This document shows positions 1 through 11,055 of a stretch of 64,000 nucleotides of DNA, piece after piece. The stretch spans positions 22,457,168-22,521,167 of the forward strand of contig OZ316891.1 in the NCBI GenBank assembly GCA_973895155.1. The letters are read 5' to 3'. How positions within the stretch are numbered: the stretch's first letter is position 1; every line of letters begins with the position of its first letter. The stretch is from Marsupella aquatica (lineage: Eukaryota; Plantae; Marchantiophyta). The position numbers and the translations under genes are program-made. The notes under the pieces are model-generated. The model saw nothing but the letters and a program-made list of their open reading frames with translations, searched no databases and had not been told where the DNA came from.

Positions 1-262
1 ACATTTCCCGGGAAAAAACCCTTGCTGGCGACTGGAAGCTAAACGGAGAGATTCGAGACGCCTATATTCTGTACTGTACCGTCGGACTCAGTCGCTCATG
101 CGTCCGTCGACATCCATCCATCAAGCAACTATCCTTCCATCCACAGCTCCGTCGAACTTATCTCCGTCCGTGCTGCGCCGTGAGAATCATGAAAACTCCG
201 TGACGGCAGCGACGCGGCATGTGAACCGTCTGTCCTCCCTCGTTGTCTCTCTCTGTCTCATA

Positions 263-407
263 AAGAAACCACTCTTTGTCTCGGAAAGAAACCACTCTTT
301 GTCTCGGAAAGCAACCACTCTTTGTCTCGGAAAGAAACCACTCTTTGTCTCGGAAAGCAACCACTCTTTGTCTCGGAAAGAAACCACTCTTTGTCTCGGA
401 AAGAAAC
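263..407. repeat. 23-bp minisatellite, 6 copies plus partial
   Basis: Unit AAG(A/C)AACCACTCTTTGTCTCGGA repeated head to tail with no spacers. The overlapping ORFs 98-535 and others are by-products of it. Confidence 0.95.
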
Positions 408-2144
408 AACTCGATCGCGACTCACCGAATACTCGTGGTGGGTCCCCCCAACTCGCTACAGGGTCCAGGGAACCCGTCGGTCCTTGTCAAGACCGGTCTC
501 ATGCCGGTGACGTAATCTCACTGGTATACTGGTAATGGGTCGGTATGCTCACTGTACAGTGACATCGAATAATAATGAGGCGTTTGCACTATACTCGTGA
601 GTGACAGGCACTTTCATGATAAAATAATAGAATAATAAGGTGGGTTAAAAGCGGAGGTGGGGAGTCCATATGGCCACGAATTTGATGCTTGGATGGACAA
701 GCAATACTCTACTGGACCCAAATGGAACATTTTAACGTTACTTTTGTAGCACATTTTACAGTTTGGTATGGAGGATAAAAAGGCAACCATACATTTGTGA
801 CCATGGGAAATCCTAACGGCAACTGAATTCTTTTAATTTACTTGCATAGGACATTTTACATGAGTAAAGTTAGGGGTCACAAAAAGTGGAAGTAATATCT
901 AGAGTTCATACTTTTTGACAGTCAGTTTTGGGCCCATTTTAAGGGCCATCACAACATTGAACTCTGCCGATAAATCGTGAGCCAAGTTAAAGCCCTCATG
1001 TGCTCACTGTCACAGATCCAGTGTGCACTACTTGATAAATGCAACCCCCCTAAATTCTGCACTTATCAATAACTGTGCATGATTTGCATCCTTTTGCTAA
1101 ACCTGCAAGTGTTATCTGTCAGTGAGCAGTCTATTGAGTGACTCTTGACACGGATGGTACATCCTTGCCCTAATTCAGTGTCCCACTTGATAAGTGTGTT
1201 TATACTCTACTAAAAATGCACTTATCAATAAATGCAACTTGATGGGAAGGCTTGATTACCAACAAGTACAAATCACACTAATCGATGGCTTTTGCAATTA
1301 CAACTTTTAAGGTGACAGTACCTAAATGATTCGAGACCTGTTTGCACTAGAAAAGGTGCAAGATCCGAATAAACTAAAATGGAAGAACATAATTCCTCGC
1401 ACTTATCCAGGTTTTGTAGTTCTGGAGTTGCACTTACAGAGAGTCGAGTGTACAGGATTACATATTTGCTGTTTTCCTCGTCTGTCCGACTTTAGGAAGA
1501 AAGAAGGAAGTTGCTCTCTTTCTTTCGCTCGCGTTCTTGTTGCCTTTCGATAATCATGCCATTCCCCTTTTGTTCCCCTGCCTTGTTGACTGCGCGATGA
1601 TTGTGCTTTGACTCACCCACGCGACACTCCATCTTCTCGTCTGCGCTCTCTCTTTCGCTCTCTGTGGATTAGATTGATTCATATTGACGGTACCGAGACA
1701 ATACTACCGGTATGGTTGTACCCAAACAGACTTGGTGCTGAGTTTCTCCAACGAACCAAATCCGGTAGCTCTCGGTGTGGGTTCGGCGAAGATGCTGCAG
1801 GCGGGATTGTAACTCTTCCAGGTGACTCTAGATGTGCGCAGACTTGGCTTGCTTGCTTGATTGTGTTGCTTCGCTCACTGGTATTCTTCGTGGCCCCTTC
1901 TGGTCGGCGGCGTTGTGAGCATTGGAGGATTCTCTGGCCTCGGGTCGTTGGTTCATGTGTCGTGGAGAATTGAGTGACATTTGTTCCTGAATTTTTGTTT
2001 ACGCGGTGCTGCGAGGAAGAATTGATCGATTGGGCGTGATCGATTGGGGGGAGGCGGGGGGGTGTTGGGGTCGGTTTAATAAGACGGAGGTTGGTAGGAA
2101 ATTGAGGAATTTGCTTCGACGGTGGTGTGAGCACTGAGCAGAGC

Positions 2145-2408
2145 AATAATCAGCACATCAGCGGAGGAGTTGGAGGAGGATATTCATCGATCGAATGATC
2201 AATTGATCAATTGCTCAATTCGGATTTGGATTGAAATTGGACTCTGACTCTGGCTCTTATTCTGAGTCTACGGAAGAAGAAACAACAAAGAAGCGGCAGG
2301 AGCGGATAGTCAAAATAATCGGCACATAGGCGGAGGAGGAATATCCATCGATCGATTGATCAATACTGTGATCAATCTGGATTGGAATTGGGCCCTGGCG
2401 CTGGCTCC
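2145..2408 (+). repeat. Diverged ~100-bp direct repeat upstream of VPS60
   Basis: Segments starting at 2145 and 2314 share AATAATC.GCACAT..GCGGAGGAG...CATCGATCGA.TGATCAAT...GGATTG.AATTGG...CTGGCTC. Confidence 0.75.
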
Positions 2409-2544
2409 GGCTATTCCTTCAGAGGGCAGGGGGTTGATCCGGCTGTGGATTCGGGTCTGATCGTCTAACAGGAAATCTATCGAGCTTGTACAGTATTGGT
2501 GCGCTTAGGATATGTTTGTGTCGGACCGGGAGAGATAGAAAGAG

Positions 2545-3249
2545 ATGAAGCGCGTGTTCGGTGTGAAGAAGGACACGGCGCCTGCTCCCACGGTGGACGA
2601 GGCGACGCAGCGGATCAACAAGAGGGGCGATGGAATCGATGAGAAGATAAAAAAGCTTGAGGGGGAACTGGTGAAGTACCGCGAGCAAATCAAGCGGACA
2701 AGGCCGGGTCCTGCACAGGAGGCCATCAAGGCGCGAGCGATGCGAATTCTGAAGCAAAAGAAGATGTTGGAAGGGCAGAGGGATCAATTGTACAGCCAAA
2801 CGTTTAATTTGGAGCAAGTCTCCTTTGCCACCGAGGGGTTGAGAGACGCTAGAGAGACCATGTCGGCTATGCGAGCTGCTAACAAAGAACTTAAAGGAAC
2901 GATGAAGACGATGAAAATTGATGACATTGACAAAATGCAAGACGAGATGATGGATTTGGTGGACTACAGCAATGAGATCCAAGAATCACTCGGCCGCAGT
3001 TACAGCGTGCCTGACGATATTGATGAGGATGAACTCCTTGGAGAGCTTGAAGCTTTAGAAGACGATATGGGAAGTGAGGATGTGGCTGGTGGGGTCCCTT
3101 CGTACTTGCAGGCGGACACCGAACCAGAGGCCGAGCATTCTGATTTAAACCTACCTTCGGCACCGTCAGGACAGACTTCTCAACCTAACGCCACTCTTGT
3201 GGATGAGTTCGGATTTCCAAACCCTCCAAGGACTTCTGTAAGAACATGA
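2545..3249 (+). CDS. VPS60: ESCRT-III associated Snf7-family protein VPS60/CHMP5 (single coding exon)
   Basis: 234-aa ORF with MKRVFG N-terminus, PAQEAIKARAMRILKQKKM.E.QRDQLY.QTFNLEQ and EIQESLGRSY.VPDDIDEDEL.GEL.ALE motifs typical of plant VPS60. Confidence 0.95.
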   Translation: MKRVFGVKKDTAPAPTVDEATQRINKRGDGIDEKIKKLEGELVKYREQIKRTRPGPAQEAIKARAMRILKQKKMLEGQRDQLYSQTFNLEQVSFATEGLRDARETMSAMRAANKELKGTMKTMKIDDIDKMQDEMMDLVDYSNEIQESLGRSYSVPDDIDEDELLGELEALEDDMGSEDVAGGVPSYLQADTEPEAEHSDLNLPSAPSGQTSQPNATLVDEFGFPNPPRTSVRT

Positions 3250-4482
3250 TCTAGCCCATCGAATCGGCGGCACATCATTCTTCGGCAATTGACTGCTTTT
3301 ACAAGATCCGCAAATTGCGCAGATAAGTCTGTCCTCAATTCAAGTTGAGAGCGCTTAAGTTAGTCCTGGCATGGATTTTCCTTCCAACAGATATGAAGGG
3401 CGAGTACTTTAGAGAAGTTTTCTCATGGCGGAGTCGTCACCCACCTCCTGATTTCTGTCCTTATGTACTCTGTTGTGCCCCCTTCCTTAGTTCCTGTGTG
3501 GGACAAATATTATTTTTGGTAGTCGACTTGCTGACTAGTAGGTTAGCCATCTAGTCTTGATTGTGAGAATTGATACCAAGTTTTGGGTTTGGATTAGTTC
3601 TCCTCTCAAGGATATTCTCGTTTTCATTCGACAAGACTTTTGAGTCGAACTTGTGAACTAGTCAGTGTGTGAGACAATCTCAAGACATTCATGGACACCG
3701 AGAGCGCCCCTCGGACAGAATGGCCATTGAGGTATGTGCATAAACCCTTGGGGTTTCTTTGTATGTAAAATAAGTCACCCAAATGATAAAATCTCGCTAA
3801 TTTTGAAGAGTGTCTACCGATTTGGACCAGACCATGCCGACTGTTGTTCTATTATGATTTCTATACGGTCGCTGCATTGAGAAGGCAGATACCTTTGCAT
3901 CATTCGACCTTTGCATCATCCGAAGTGCAGATTTGATCGTCCGAGTCTTCATATCCGTGGCACACAAGGAGTAGGGATGTGATCTCGAAAATGAATGACG
4001 CATTCGATTCATCTTTGGCGAGTGTTTCCAATGAATGTTTGCTACATGATTTCACAATTTCAGTGTGTTGATGGTAGTAGGAACAATCTGTTAATGACAC
4101 GGACCGTTTCGGAACGACATCAGTCGACGATGTGGTCTAAAGAGCTGGAGCTGAAGCTCGTTATGCGCTGTGATTGGAAATCTCGTTCAGAGAACCCTTC
4201 CCTCTCTGTCGAATTGCTTCTTTACACTCTCTAGTGTTCTGAGTATGGAGGTCCCACAAAAGTGTGTCCATGTCGTGATCGGTGAGACGTTTCTAAATTT
4301 GAAAACTTCGGGCCTGTTCTTGCCTTCTACAGCGGATGCTGGCGTTCTGTGACATGACGGCAACTCCTCAGTACCTATCACACGTACCGACCAAACCCGC
4401 GAGTTTGTACACGATTGAATTCAACTGCGGGTCAAACTGTTAACATCGGATCACGTAGGTCCATTGAGGCAAGCTAGAGAGA

Positions 4483-4682
4483 AGAATTACACACACAACT
4501 GTGATACTTCGATAGTCTCGTGATCAAAACGCCGTCCTACTCAACAATAGCTCTATCTTTGTGCCTACTTCCTACCTAATTTAAGAATTACACATACATT
4601 TGTGATACTTTGGTAGTCCTTGATCGAAACGCTGTCCTACTCAGCAATAGCTCTATATTGCTGCCTACTCCGTACTTAATTT
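4483..4682. repeat. ~101-bp tandem duplication
   Basis: AGAATTACACA...TGTGATACTT...GTCCTACTCA.CAATAGCTCTAT...GCCTACT at 4483 and 4584. Confidence 0.85.
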
Positions 4683-5731
4683 CAGGGAATGGAAATCCTG
4701 CAGACGAAGAAGGTTTTCTCTGGCATGTACCTGCATTCGGGAGCTCTTGAGCTTCGATGAGATCACCCAAACAGTTCGAAAGTCCTCGGGTTTGTTCAAA
4801 GGTGTATACTGAAAGTGAGCCCATACATTTGGCGAGTGCTATAGAATAGTTAAAGCTTCACGTGTGCCATGTGTTACACTGCTCTGCTGGTGAGATTGTA
4901 TGTAATTATAAGCCTTGGGATTGTATAAAGCATTAAGCGACATGCGTAATTATTCCTGTAGGACAATTGCAGGCCATGTATTCCATTCCCATTCTGAAGT
5001 GTGAAGTGTTCCACTCACAGTCTATGAGGGATTGTTTAAACGGTGTATGCAATGCAATTCGCAACTTCGAGAGAAATTCTGGGAACGGTGTGTAGAAGAA
5101 GAGGACAATGTGCCTGTCAGCAAAACGTAACCCACCAAAGTGTAGTGCAAGCAATGAGCAACAAATGTCCATCCATAATACAGATCGCGCAAGAATTTGC
5201 AATCAAGAGCCGCAGTCCAATTCGGTGAAGTAAGAAAATTGCCCTTGCAATGAATTAACTACGCCATCCAATTTGGCAATTTACAAGACGTACAACTAAA
5301 CAACTTCCGTGATGGTGTCTCTGCAACACTCTATATGACCCCTACTTGATAAAAGAAATACAAATCGAGCAACCGTCTTCGATTCTGACCATCTATACAA
5401 GCCATTCACATCTACTTCGGACCTGCAAGCTTCCTCCGGCCTTTGCATCAAGGAGGCCTCCCATGAAAGAGTGGGACAATGGCCGGTGAGAGGTCTACTG
5501 CCATATTTACAAGTCATCAGATCAGCTTCCCCCTCCACTGCTAAAATGTGCGTATACTGCTGTAACACAAACTTAGTATGCTTAACCTTCAACCCTTCTC
5601 TAATAGAAAAGGCTGCTGAAGGTGCAGGTGAGTGCTACCGTCAATGACCAGATCGATAATCATCACCAGATTGCTGTCGAAAGATTTGAGTGACAGATCC
5701 GAGGGTCATACCAATAAGAAGTTGTCCAAGG

Positions 5732-7222
5732 CTAATCACCAATACCACTGCCGTAGCTACTATCCGACAACCCTCTCTTACTCAAAGTGGGATAAGGAGA
5801 AGGAGAAGCTGGTCCAAAGCCTGGAAGTAAATCCAACTCATCTTCGCGCTTAAAACTATCGACTCCAATCGGGACAGGAGGCAGATCAACGTGCCTTCTT
5901 CCGAATCCCAAGATTTCATCGGCACCCATTGCTCCTCCACCTTGCTGTCGTGACAGAGAGTCCTGCTGAGCAGCTTCCATCAACATGTCCAACTCAAAGG
6001 GATTCATAATGTCGAAACCTGCAAATGGAGGATTAGGGAGACGATTTGCAAAATCAGGACTCACGCCTACGTTCAGCTGAGTATTAACTCCACCTAGCAT
6101 GGACGAAGGCAATACAGCCGCCTGCTGGCCCATTTGATGCGCCTGTAGTTGAGCTAGCAAGCTTCGAGTACTTGCGTCACTTTGTGCTCCTGGCTCCTTT
6201 GTCATTTCACCGATGCTTGAACCTCCAGAATAAGTTTGAGGCACATTCACGACCTTGGCAGTAGACGCAGCGGCACCCCCTCTGCCACCTGGTTGAACAT
6301 GCATTGAACCTGCGAAGTTACTCCCCGGCGCTGCTAGAAACGTAGCGACTGGGTAGGGTTGAGTGTTGACGCCACTTAAGCGTTTCAGGTACTGTCGATA
6401 CTTCTGCAGATGGCTTGCCACATGCTCCCGCGAAAGGCCCTGCACATTCATAATCTCGAGAATTCTCTTCGGCATGGCTTTCTCAAACCCTAGCTGGTTC
6501 ACTGCATTGACGAACTGCTGGTGAAGCTCCACCGACCAAACGACTCGAGCTTTCTTCAAGCTGCTCACGTCGTCGACCAGCTGCGCCTCTTCCGCAGCTT
6601 CCTCATGCATTTCCTTCCTCTTCTTTGAGATGCTGTTGTCTGCCCCTTCAGTAACCGGGGACTCTAATCCTTGACCGCTTTCATCCCAATCCCCTGCTGA
6701 CTGCTCGTCCTTGATAGCCTCTCCCCTTCCTCCGCGTCGACGTATGACATGCTGCCAGATGTTCCGCAGCTCTTCAAGACGGACGGGCTTGAGAAGGTAG
6801 TCACATGCTCCGTGCGTAATCCCTTTCAGAACAACATCTGTTTCGCCATTTCCGGACATCATAATGACGGGCAAGTCCAGCTCCAGTCCAATGGCCTCGA
6901 GCAGCTTGAAGCCATCCATATCAGGCATGTACACATCGCTTATCACCAAGTCGAAGGCATTCCTATTTTCACGCAGTAGCGTCAATGCTCTCGCGGCGCG
7001 TTGACATACCGTAACGTTGTAGTTACATTGCTGCAACATTGCCTCCAAAATCATCAAACAGACTGGATCATCATCAACAACCAAGACCTTCATTCCGACA
7101 GGAGTGAACCCTTCGACCACCGGCGTCATTTTCTCGTTTGCGTTCTCACTAGCTAAATCCTCCCAAAAGGTTCCGGAAGAGGTTCTTCCCCTTCCAGAAA
7201 TGGATTTTTCCAGGGACTTCAT
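5732..7222 (-). CDS. Type-B response regulator (receiver + GARP/Myb DNA-binding domain), intronless CDS
   Basis: Receiver D-D-K motifs [17 protein letters not shown] and YLLKP. GARP motif [21 protein letters not shown]...ASHLQKYR. First ATG at 7222, just after a TGTAG acceptor, suggesting a 5' UTR intron. Confidence 0.95.
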   Translation of the reverse strand: MKSLEKSISGRGRTSSGTFWEDLASENANEKMTPVVEGFTPVGMKVLVVDDDPVCLMILEAMLQQCNYNVTVCQRAARALTLLRENRNAFDLVISDVYMPDMDGFKLLEAIGLELDLPVIMMSGNGETDVVLKGITHGACDYLLKPVRLEELRNIWQHVIRRRGGRGEAIKDEQSAGDWDESGQGLESPVTEGADNSISKKRKEMHEEAAEEAQLVDDVSSLKKARVVWSVELHQQFVNAVNQLGFEKAMPKRILEIMNVQGLSREHVASHLQKYRQYLKRLSGVNTQPYPVATFLAAPGSNFAGSMHVQPGGRGGAAASTAKVVNVPQTYSGGSSIGEMTKEPGAQSDASTRSLLAQLQAHQMGQQAAVLPSSMLGGVNTQLNVGVSPDFANRLPNPPFAGFDIMNPFELDMLMEAAQQDSLSRQQGGGAMGADEILGFGRRHVDLPPVPIGVDSFKREDELDLLPGFGPASPSPYPTLSKRGLSDSSYGSGIGD

Positions 7223-8036
7223 TGATCGTTCATACGCTACAGGCCACAAGATACAACCCTCACAAGTTCATGTTTTTTCATGGCCAAAGAGTCTCAGACG
7301 ACAAGCAGCGTGACAATATCATCAAACTACGTATCCCTTTCCCAAAGTTCAGTGTTTCCACTAAAATCTTATCACCACAAATGACAGAAACCATCAGAGC
7401 GCAATTGCATGCCTTAATTAAACAGCTGGGTCTCCGCCCCGAAAACCACTTCGGTGACAATTCTGCTAGATGCAATCACTCACGCCGGTGGGGGTAACCT
7501 TTCCAGCAACACTGATCTGCGCATTTTGGGGCAAAGCCGATGGTATACTACGAGGCGTTCTTCCAACAGAAGCGAAACCTACTCCACGAAAACACGAGAC
7601 CGTCTTCCAAATAACCCAAACCCGCCGAGAAAAAACAGACGACCTTCTTCCAAATCAACCCGACTCGCTCTGCACGAGAGAAGTCGAGCTCCTCAAACTT
7701 CGTCCGACCCAGTAGAGCAATCGAGGCCTCCTCGTGACGAAAAGACCAGCTCCGTCCAAGCGAAGCAAAAACACTTTTCCGAATGAAGCGGAAACCCCCC
7801 TGAGCTTGACAGATCAACTTCCTCTTTTTTTTTTTCTGAACGAAAGGGAAACCTCCGGGACGAGAAGATCAACTTCTTCTTCGAGGCTGAACCGAACCTA
7901 CTGCTGTACTGTGCGTGACGAGAAGACGAACTCCACCACGGAACCACACTGTACCCTAAACACAATCTGTCAGCCAAAGCGGATGAAACGGAAAAGACGG
8001 GGGCCCCATTCCATCCACCTCGGACCACCTCAACCA

Positions 8037-8620
8037 TGCTGCAGGGCCTCGGCCGAGGAGACGAAAATTGCGTGCCTCAATTGGGCACTGCTGGAGAGGA
8101 GTAGACCAGGATTGAACCCAAGACCTACCTCGAAAGATCCGAAGACCTATCCTGAAAGATATATATATATAGCCTGCTGCAGGGCCTCGGCCAAGGAGAC
8201 GAAAATTGCGTGCCTCAATTGGGCACTGCTGGAGAGGAGTAGACCAGGATTGAACCCCAGACCTACCTCGAAAGATACGAAGACCTATCCTGAAAGATAT
8301 ATATGTATATATATATAGCCTGCTGCAGGGCCTCGGCCGAGGAGACGAAAATTACGCAATTGGGCACTGCTGGAGAGGAGTAGACCAGGATTGAACCCAA
8401 GACCTACCTCGAAAGATACGAAGACCTATCCTGAAAGATATATATATATATATATAGCCTGCTCAAGAGGACAGAAGTACTTCCGCCTCGGACCTGCAGG
8501 GCCTTGGCCGAGGAGAGAGACGAAAATTGCGTGCCTCAATTGGGCACTGCTGGAGAGGAGGAGACCAGGATTGAACCCAAGACCTATCTCGAAAGATATG
8601 TATACATTATTAGCCTGCTC
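8037..8620. repeat. Four ~140-170 bp tandem units, each carrying a tRNA 3'-half-like segment and most ending in (TA)n
   Basis: Units start at about 8037, 8175, 8321 and 8493 with CTGCAGGGCCT.GGCC.AGGAGA. Each contains ACCAGGATTGAAC, shared with the T-arm of the adjacent tRNA-Cys. Confidence 0.9.
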
Positions 8621-8749
8621 CAGAGGACAAAAGGACGAGTTTTTGGGACACCACGCAATATCTCAAGGCCTATATGTCGAAAGGTATTTATACCCGCTCC
8701 GGAGGAGAAAAATTACAGGACAGTTGCTGGTGAGATGAGCGTGGTGTGC

Positions 8750-8821
8750 AGGAGGCAACCAGGATTGAACTGATGACCTATCGGACTGCAGCCGATTGCT
8801 CTACCACTGAGCTATACCTCC
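8750..8821 (-). tRNA. tRNA-Cys(GCA), or a tRNA-Cys-derived SINE head
   Basis: Minus strand reads GGAGGTA TA GCTC AGTGGTA GAGC A ATCGG CTGCAGT CCGAT AGGTC ATCAG TTCAATC CTGGT TGCCTCC T. All four stems pair, the anticodon is GCA, the discriminator is U, and a T5 run lies about 40 nt downstream. Confidence 0.75.
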
Positions 8822-8937
8822 GTGGATGCCTTGACATTTCAAAGGATCTACATATTACTATATCAATAATATAGCTCCGATATTATTTCTCACCATGGAT
8901 CGAAGAGCAGAATCAGTACTTTTTTGCGTAGAACTAA

Positions 8938-8979
8938 CGGACTGCAGCCGATTGCTCTACCACTGAGCTACACCTCTCC
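8938..8979 (-). pseudogene. Isolated 5' half of tRNA-Cys(GCA)
   Basis: GGAGAGGTGTAGCTCAGTGGTAGAGCAATCGGCTGCAGTCCG contains the D arm and anticodon arm, then similarity stops. Confidence 0.8.
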
Positions 8980-10963
8980 CGGGTGCTTATAACCAACCCT
9001 ACCACCATTGCCAAATTTGGTGGATAGAGGTTATTAAAGTAAGTCAATAATATTCTCAAGAAAATAACAAAAAGAGCATTATTTTGCTCTCCCCAAACCC
9101 AGAGGACCAAGGCATTTTAAGAGATTGAAACTAGATATTGATATATCATGAATATAGCTCTACTATCAGCAAAGCAACATTTATTCTCACCATGCATTGA
9201 AGGGTAACCTTTATTTAGAAATAGCTAGTCCACAAACAGCATTACATGGCACCCACAAGGGGGATACGCCTATATCCTGGACACCTTTATTAAAACATAG
9301 AAAACGTCATCTGGACAATGTCTAGGAAGAAACTGCAATGGACATAGAACCTGGTACCCTAAGAGCATCCTCCCTGGTGAGGATATGTATATGGCCATAT
9401 TTTGGGCCCCTACATGGCCCATTGCATTTTCTTGGCTCTTAGATGGGACATTGTGAACTGTCCAATTTTGAACAATTGCCAGCACACGGTGGATTGCACT
9501 ATCTCATTAGACGATAGGGTAACAAAGGGTCATCATGGTCATTGAACTGATAGTTAAAGGTTGCCGGGCCTGGAAATTATAAATTACTTCCCATTCTAGA
9601 AACAAAAGCTGGATGGACCAATACATTGTCCCTGCCTATCCCCGTGGACTGTGTAAAGAGATCTTCACTTTATACCAAAAAGAAAAGGAACTGGTCACAC
9701 AGCAGTTGACTACTTTGATTAATTTGGGGAGAAAGTGGTCAAGAGGTCATGGTGATCCTGAGTAATGGCAGGATATCTTGCTGTCATTTAGGTTCAAGGC
9801 CGCCAAGTTATCAAGATACCAAGGAAACTGGCTCGACAATGTAATATAACCGACTGCAAACAGCGAGAAGACCGTTTACAGGTCACATTTCAATCAAGTG
9901 TAAATAGTGTTATCTGAGTCAGTTTAAATGTTCTGAGCAAGTCCATCCAAGATTTGCCAATCCATCTGGGCTTCAGAGACAAAGTGGAGGGTCCATCCGG
10001 GCTTTAGTTTCCCCCATTCTAAGAAATAAATTATTAAATATGGCCCACATAATCCACATGATTTCTTGAAATGAATAATAATTTCTTGTGAGATACTATC
10101 TCATAATCCTTGCGTTTCAGCATGTGCACTAGTTTGAGAGGCAATTATGGATAATGGCTTCGATGGGGAAGCCAAGCACACGAGGAGCTAAGTGTGGATA
10201 CATTTGGTATACAACCTCATATGTTTAATCCATCATTCACTATCATGACTACCCATGTACAGAAGGTTTAAATGGCTTGATCATGTGAACCTCTCACTTT
10301 GGATCTTGTTGGCCTTATGCTGGCCTTTCTTTATCCTTTCATGTTTCCGTACTCTCATAATTTTTTAATTTCCTTTTCTTCTCTTTTTAATTGTGCTAAC
10401 TGGGACCAAATGATATATTGTACTTTATTTGTAGGGGCCAAATAAAGTACAATAAAGTAAAAGCAAAAGAGGTCTGGAAAATAAAGTAAAAAGCAAAAGG
10501 GATCCTGAAGCGACATGAAATATTAAAAAAACTCAAATAAGATGCAAAAGCACCAAGATTCGGTTTGGCGACTTTTGTTCTTTTGCCGTGGCAGTGTTAC
10601 AGATACCAAGACTCCTCAACATCTGGAGCATCGCCATGGATTAACATGGCAAGCAAGGAAAGAATCAATTTCAACAAGAGTTGACAGATTTCTGAAAGGT
10701 ACCGTACTTTGTACTTCGAAACCAATTACTGAACCTAGTTTTTGCATTCATCGTAGTCCCTCTCACTAGCACCTCCGGGAGAGTGATCTTCCTGCCCGAA
10801 GTTGGGTAGGCTCACCTCATCCTCGTGATTGAATTACTGAGAAGCAAGTTCACCGACATCTTAGACTGGCTGATTACCATTCATGCAGAATATCAGATAC
10901 CATGAAATAGACGACGTAGATTGGTCCCCTATGTGGAAGTGACGATAATGGAGTAATATAGTT

Positions 10964-10967
<4 letters not shown>

Positions 10968-11006
<39 letters not shown>
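10968..11006. repeat. (CT)n microsatellite upstream of xylulose kinase
   Basis: Pure TC run ending about 50 bp before the ATG. Confidence 0.95.
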
Positions 11007-11011
<5 letters not shown>

Positions 11012-11055
11012 GAGAAGAAGGAAAGCATCCCAGGCGGAGACCCCTTGGAGTGAAG

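Noticed and set aside
263-407. CRISPR-like appearance of the 23-bp repeats
   Set aside because: The units are contiguous with no spacers, no cas genes are present and the context is eukaryotic. It is a minisatellite.
2545-3249. Intronless VPS60 as a retrogene
   Set aside because: No poly(A) tail or TSD is visible, and I cannot establish the ancestral intron state in this lineage.
7734-8773. ORFs 7734-8318, 8391-8738 and 8504-8773 with repeated peptides
   Set aside because: They are translations of the tRNA-derived tandem repeat, with no recognisable protein motif.
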